From Octopus sinensis (taxonomy: Eukaryota), in the NCBI RefSeq assembly GCF_006345805.1, contig NC_043012.1, positions 1,612,001 through 1,676,000 on the forward strand: DNA of 64,000 nucleotides, in the 5' to 3' direction. Below the pieces are notes generated by a model. The model did not search any database and had not been told where the DNA came from. It saw only the letters and a list, made by a program, of their open reading frames with translations. Each line of letters opens with the position of its first letter. Position 1 is the first letter of the stretch. Shown piece by piece: positions 60,120 through 64,000 of this stretch. The translations under genes were made by a program, and so were the position numbers.

Positions 60120-60316
60120 CTTTCTAGTGTAGGCACTTAAAATTCTGGGGGAGGGCACTGACTACAGTGCTTGACTGATATTTATTTTATCGACTCTGAA
60201 AGGATGAAAGAGAGAGGAAACCTCAGCAGAATTTGAACTCAGAATCTGATGATGGACAAAATACCACTAAGCATTTTGACTGTCGTGCTGACAATTCTGT
60301 TAGCTTGCTGCCTTAA

Positions 60317-60751
60317 CCCTTTCGTTACCGTATTTATTTTGAGATGCCCTGTGTTTCTTTTAATTAATTCTAAATATAACAAAGAATTTTGTGAAATAGC
60401 TTAGTTATCATTAAGGTAGTGTTAGGAACATAAACTGTGACTAAGGTTTGATGGAAGATTTTAATTCAAAACCTATGAAAACAAGATATTTGTATTGTAG
60501 AGCCAGAGACAGTTTCAGCCAGGGTGGTATTGAAAGGTGGCGAGCTGGCAGAAACGTTAGCATGCCGGGCGAAATGCTTTGCGGTATTTCGTCTGCCATT
60601 ATGTTGTGAGTTCAAGTTCTGCCGAGGTCGACTTTGCCTTTCATCCTTTCGGGGTTGATGTAATCGACTTAATACCTATGCCTGTCCTTGTTTGTCCCCT
60701 CTATGTTTAGCCCCTTGTGGGTAATAAAGAAATAGGTATTGAAAGGTTTAA
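60317..60751. mobile_element. piggyBac-like MITE containing a nested SINE B (60538-60734) with a 12-bp TSD
   Basis: TTAA|CCCTTTCG ... GAAAGG(T)TTAA termini; GGTATTGAAAGG duplicated at 60526-60537 and 60735-60746. Confidence 0.75.
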
Positions 60752-61149
60752 TAATAACAATAATAATAATAATCCTTTCCACTATAGGCACAAGTTCTGA
60801 AATGTTGTGGGGAGGGCATTAGTTGATTACATTGACCCCAGTGATTGACTGGTACTTAAAATGCAACTCATCACATGTCTTAGGTCATATATTTTGTCAT
60901 ACAGCATTCAGTTAGGATTTTTACCAAAGACATAGCATCTGAAACATAAAGTGGTTTTTAAGACAAACTGACATGTTGGAACTTAGCTGTACATCTAAGA
61001 AGCTGGGTCTGCTGTAACTAGACACATAGGGGAGCTGGGTCTGTGACTAGGCACCAGACTAAAGGAGCTGAGACTGTGGAGATACACAAAATCTACACTG
61101 AAGAGTTATGTCTGTGATGCTATTGTGATGTGTCTTTGTTGTGACAAAC

Positions 61150-62000
61150 ACAAGAGACAGGCCCTTTAGCATTCAAGCCAGCCACGTCAGGGCCAAAATA
61201 TTCTACCTGTTCTGTGAGTTCAAACTGGCCAGATTTGGCCTCTCATACTTATCCGACAATGTCATTGTAAATATAAACGATCACATCATGGAAATTTCAA
61301 AGCTACAAGATAATGCATGGTTGGTTCCAAGCTGTGTGGATAAATAAGTTTTACGTTTGACAGTATAATCTGAATGCAAAATGGTTAAGGATCTTGAGAA
61401 AATCTAGGAACTCAGTCAACTGTGACAAGGTACAAGACAGACCAACATACAAGCTGTATTTGTACAATGTGGGCTTTATGTTGTTTTACTTTCACTTCTA
61501 TAATAAACAAGATGGCAAAGCAACTTTCAGTTTACTCTGTATATCTATGAGGCTTTAGTTGTTATAATTAGGCTTTTCTGCATTTGGTAAGTGCTGACTT
61601 TGTTGGTAAACAAAAGTGAAGAATTTGAGAACAAAATAACATTTATGCTAACCCTTTAGCAGTTAAACCAGTCATATCAGGCCCAGATAGTCTATCTGCT
61701 TTATGTTCAAAACCAGCCACATTCGACCTCTCACACCTACCTTACAATGTCATTCTAAAAAAATAAACCATCACTTTGTTGGAATATCAAAGCTATGAGC
61801 TGATGCAGGATTCATTCACAATAATGTGAATAAATAAGCATTGCATTTGATAATGTGATTGCTAAAGGTTTATGCTGGCCCTAACAAACCCAAATATTCT
61901 GCTTTTTTCATGTTCAAATTGGCAAGATCTGGCTTCTTGTACCTAACCTACAATGCTATTATTCTAAAAGTAAATAATCATATCAGTGAAATCTACAAGA
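61150..62000. mobile_element. Degenerate piggyBac-like MITE copies
   Basis: Related units of about 220 bp at 61165-61388, 61650-61870 and a partial copy near 61880-62000, with TAACCCTTTAGC / GCTAAAGG(T)TT ends. Confidence 0.6.
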
Positions 62001-62002
62001 TA

Positions 62003-62384
62003 ACTCTTTTACTTGTTCCAGTCATTTGAGTGTGGCCATGCTGGAGCACTGCCTTTAGTCAAGCAAATCGACCCTAGGACTTATCCTTTGTAAGCCTAGT
62101 ACTTATTCTATCGGTCTCTTTTGCCGAACTGCTAAGTCACGGGGACGTAAACACACCAGCATCGGTTGTCAGGCGATGTTGGGGGGGACAAACACAGACA
62201 CACATATACATATGCATATATACGACGGGCTTCTTTCGGTTTCTGTCTACCAAATCCACTCACAAGGCTTTGGTCGACCCGAGGCTATAGTAGAAGACAG
62301 TTGCCCAAGGTGCCACGCAGTGGGACTGAACCCAGAACCACCATGTGGCTGGTAAACAAGCTACTTACCACACAGCCACTCCTA
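62003..62384 (-). mobile_element. SINE family A, near full length
   Basis: Tail, body and head in reverse orientation. Confidence 0.92.
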
Positions 62385-62887
62385 CATCTAATGCAAGATT
62401 AGTTCAAAATAATCCTTTCTACTAAAGGCACAAGGCCTGAAATTTTGGGTGGGGGTTAGATACTTAATTTATCGACCCTGAAAGGATGAAAGGCAAAGCT
62501 GACCCAAGGGGGATTTGAACTCAGAACATAAACATGGACGAAACGCTGCTATGCATTTTACTCAGCATGCTAACAATGTTGCCAGCTCGCAGCCTTAAAT
62601 TAATACAGAATAAGCCTTTCTACTATAGGCGCAAGGCCTGAAATTTTGGGAGAGGAGACTAGTTGATTATTTCGAGCCCTGGTGTTTCACTGGTACTTAA
62701 TTTATCAATTCCGAAAGGAGGAAAGGTAAAGTCAACCCCAGTGGAACTTGAACTCAGAAGATGAAGACGGACAAAAAGCCACCAAACATTTTACCTGGCA
62801 TGTTAACAATTCTACCAGTTTGCCACCTTCAATTAATTCAAAATAATACAAATAAGTATTACATTTGATTAAGTAATCTGAACATTA

Positions 62888-63212
62888 GTGGAGGCGCAAT
62901 GGCCCAGTGGTTAGGGCAGCGGACTCGCAGTTGGAGGATCGCAGTTTCGATTCCCAGACCGGGCGTTGTGTGTGTTTATTGAGCGAAAACACCTAAAGCT
63001 CCACAATGCTACGACAGCGGTTGGTGGTGACCCCTGTTGTACTCTTTCACCCCAACTTTCTCTCACTCTTCCTTCCTGTTTCTTGGGTAACGCTGCGATG
63101 GACTGGCGTCCTGTCCAGCTGGGAGATGAACACATATGCCACAGAAACCAGGAAACCAGGCCCATGAGCTTGGCTAGGCTTGAAAAGGGCGCATAAATAA
63201 TAAATAAATAAA
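62888..63212 (+). mobile_element. tRNA-derived SINE with V-domain-like core, full length, 14-bp TSD
   Basis: TGGCCCAGTGGTTAGG and GTTTCGATTCCC boxes, GCGATGGACTGGCGTCCTGTCCAG, (TAAA)n tail, and the TSD TAATCTGAACATTA at 62874-62887 and 63213-63226. Confidence 0.88.
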
Positions 63213-64000
63213 TAATCTGAACATTAAAGGGCTGAAGCAGTGTTCTACCACCTGTGCTTGATTACTTATGATGTTGTTCAGGTGTAAATCTAGATTAGAA
63301 ATAATATCTTTTATCTTTTGCTTGTTTCAGTCATTTTGATTACAACCATTTTGGGGTTCTGCCTTAAAGAATTTTTTAGTCAAATGGGTCAACCCCAGAT
63401 TTCTTCTTTTTTTTTTTTTTGAGGTTAGTGTTAATTCTAATAGGAGGGAATAAGCAAAAAAAATAATAATAAGCAAAAGAAAAAAAAAAACAAAAACAAA
63501 GTAAACTGCTCCTGGCAATAATCAGTATTGATGATTTAATTAATCAATAAATTATATGCAGAAATACCTAAGTAATTTTAATTAACAAAACTCCAAACTT
63601 TCAGATTGAAAGAATTCAATACTTGTTAACAGATCATAAATTATTTAGAAAATAAACAAATTGAAGGGGAAAATATATATATATAAAAAATAACTATTGA
63701 AAAAGCAACCACAAATTAAAGTAAGTTTTACTTGTAATTAATTTGGCTAAAGAAAAAAAAAAATATTTATAAGAAAAAAACTTTTGCAATTAAAAAATTT
63801 GTGAAAGACAGTCTTTGCAAACTGGCCATTAATTTATAAAATTATTGGTGGAATAATAAAGAATTTGGCATTTAATCGTAAAAGAATACATAGAACAACA
63901 ATAAATGTTCCGCAAAGAGGATCATCACCTAGAAGATTTGTTTTGGTTTTTTTTTTGGGGGGGGGGAGAAGGATTGGGCAGTTATATATAGTGTTTGACT

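Larger units (their letters stand above)
55340..62830. repeat. Dense cluster of roughly 20 degenerate SINE family B copies with (AAT)/(ATT) spacers
   Basis: The core AAAGGATGAAAGGCAAAG or CTTTGCCTTTCATCCTTT recurs every 200-300 bp: mostly plus strand at 56.3-57.1 kb and minus strand at 57.7-60.3 kb and 62.4-62.8 kb. Confidence 0.92.

Noticed and set aside
55340-62830. Regularly spaced conserved words resembling a CRISPR array
   Set aside because: Eukaryotic context, the intervening sequences are homologous to each other (SINE bodies), and there are no cas genes.
4393-63212. tRNA-like A/B boxes at SINE heads as tRNA genes
   Set aside because: No complete cloverleaf or acceptor stem; each continues into a SINE body.

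Overview
AT-rich, microsatellite-saturated eukaryotic genomic DNA with a 100-N scaffold gap at 51746-51845. The repeat content looks like an octopus or other coleoid cephalopod genome, which is my inference. One host gene is well supported: a NEPRO/RMP1-like (DUF4477) coding exon on the minus strand at 34116-34979. A second, plus-strand gene start near 54.1-57.6 kb is only weakly suggested. Almost everything else is a nested transposon graveyard: mariner and Tc1 relics, a hAT (Charlie/Buster-type) transposase, two non-autonomous Helitrons, RTE, CR1, R4/Dong and Tx1/L1 LINE fragments, a Gypsy integrase with its LTR, several tRNA-derived SINE families (one forming a dense array at 55-63 kb), MITEs and fold-back elements. 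The most notable signal is a set of short elements, mostly beside (TA)n tracts and often palindromic, that carry minimal type-I hammerhead-ribozyme folds with self-complementary stem III (1626-1672, 10005-10065, 13614-13649, 39155-39195, and degenerate copies at 38640 and 60030). One of them is linked to a Penelope-like ORF N-terminus. There are also two short locally templated insertions, a snap-back 5' end on an RTE, and an in-frame fusion of an APE endonuclease to C2H2 zinc fingers. All alignments, pairings and family assignments were made by eye, and element boundaries are approximate unless termini or TSDs are quoted.
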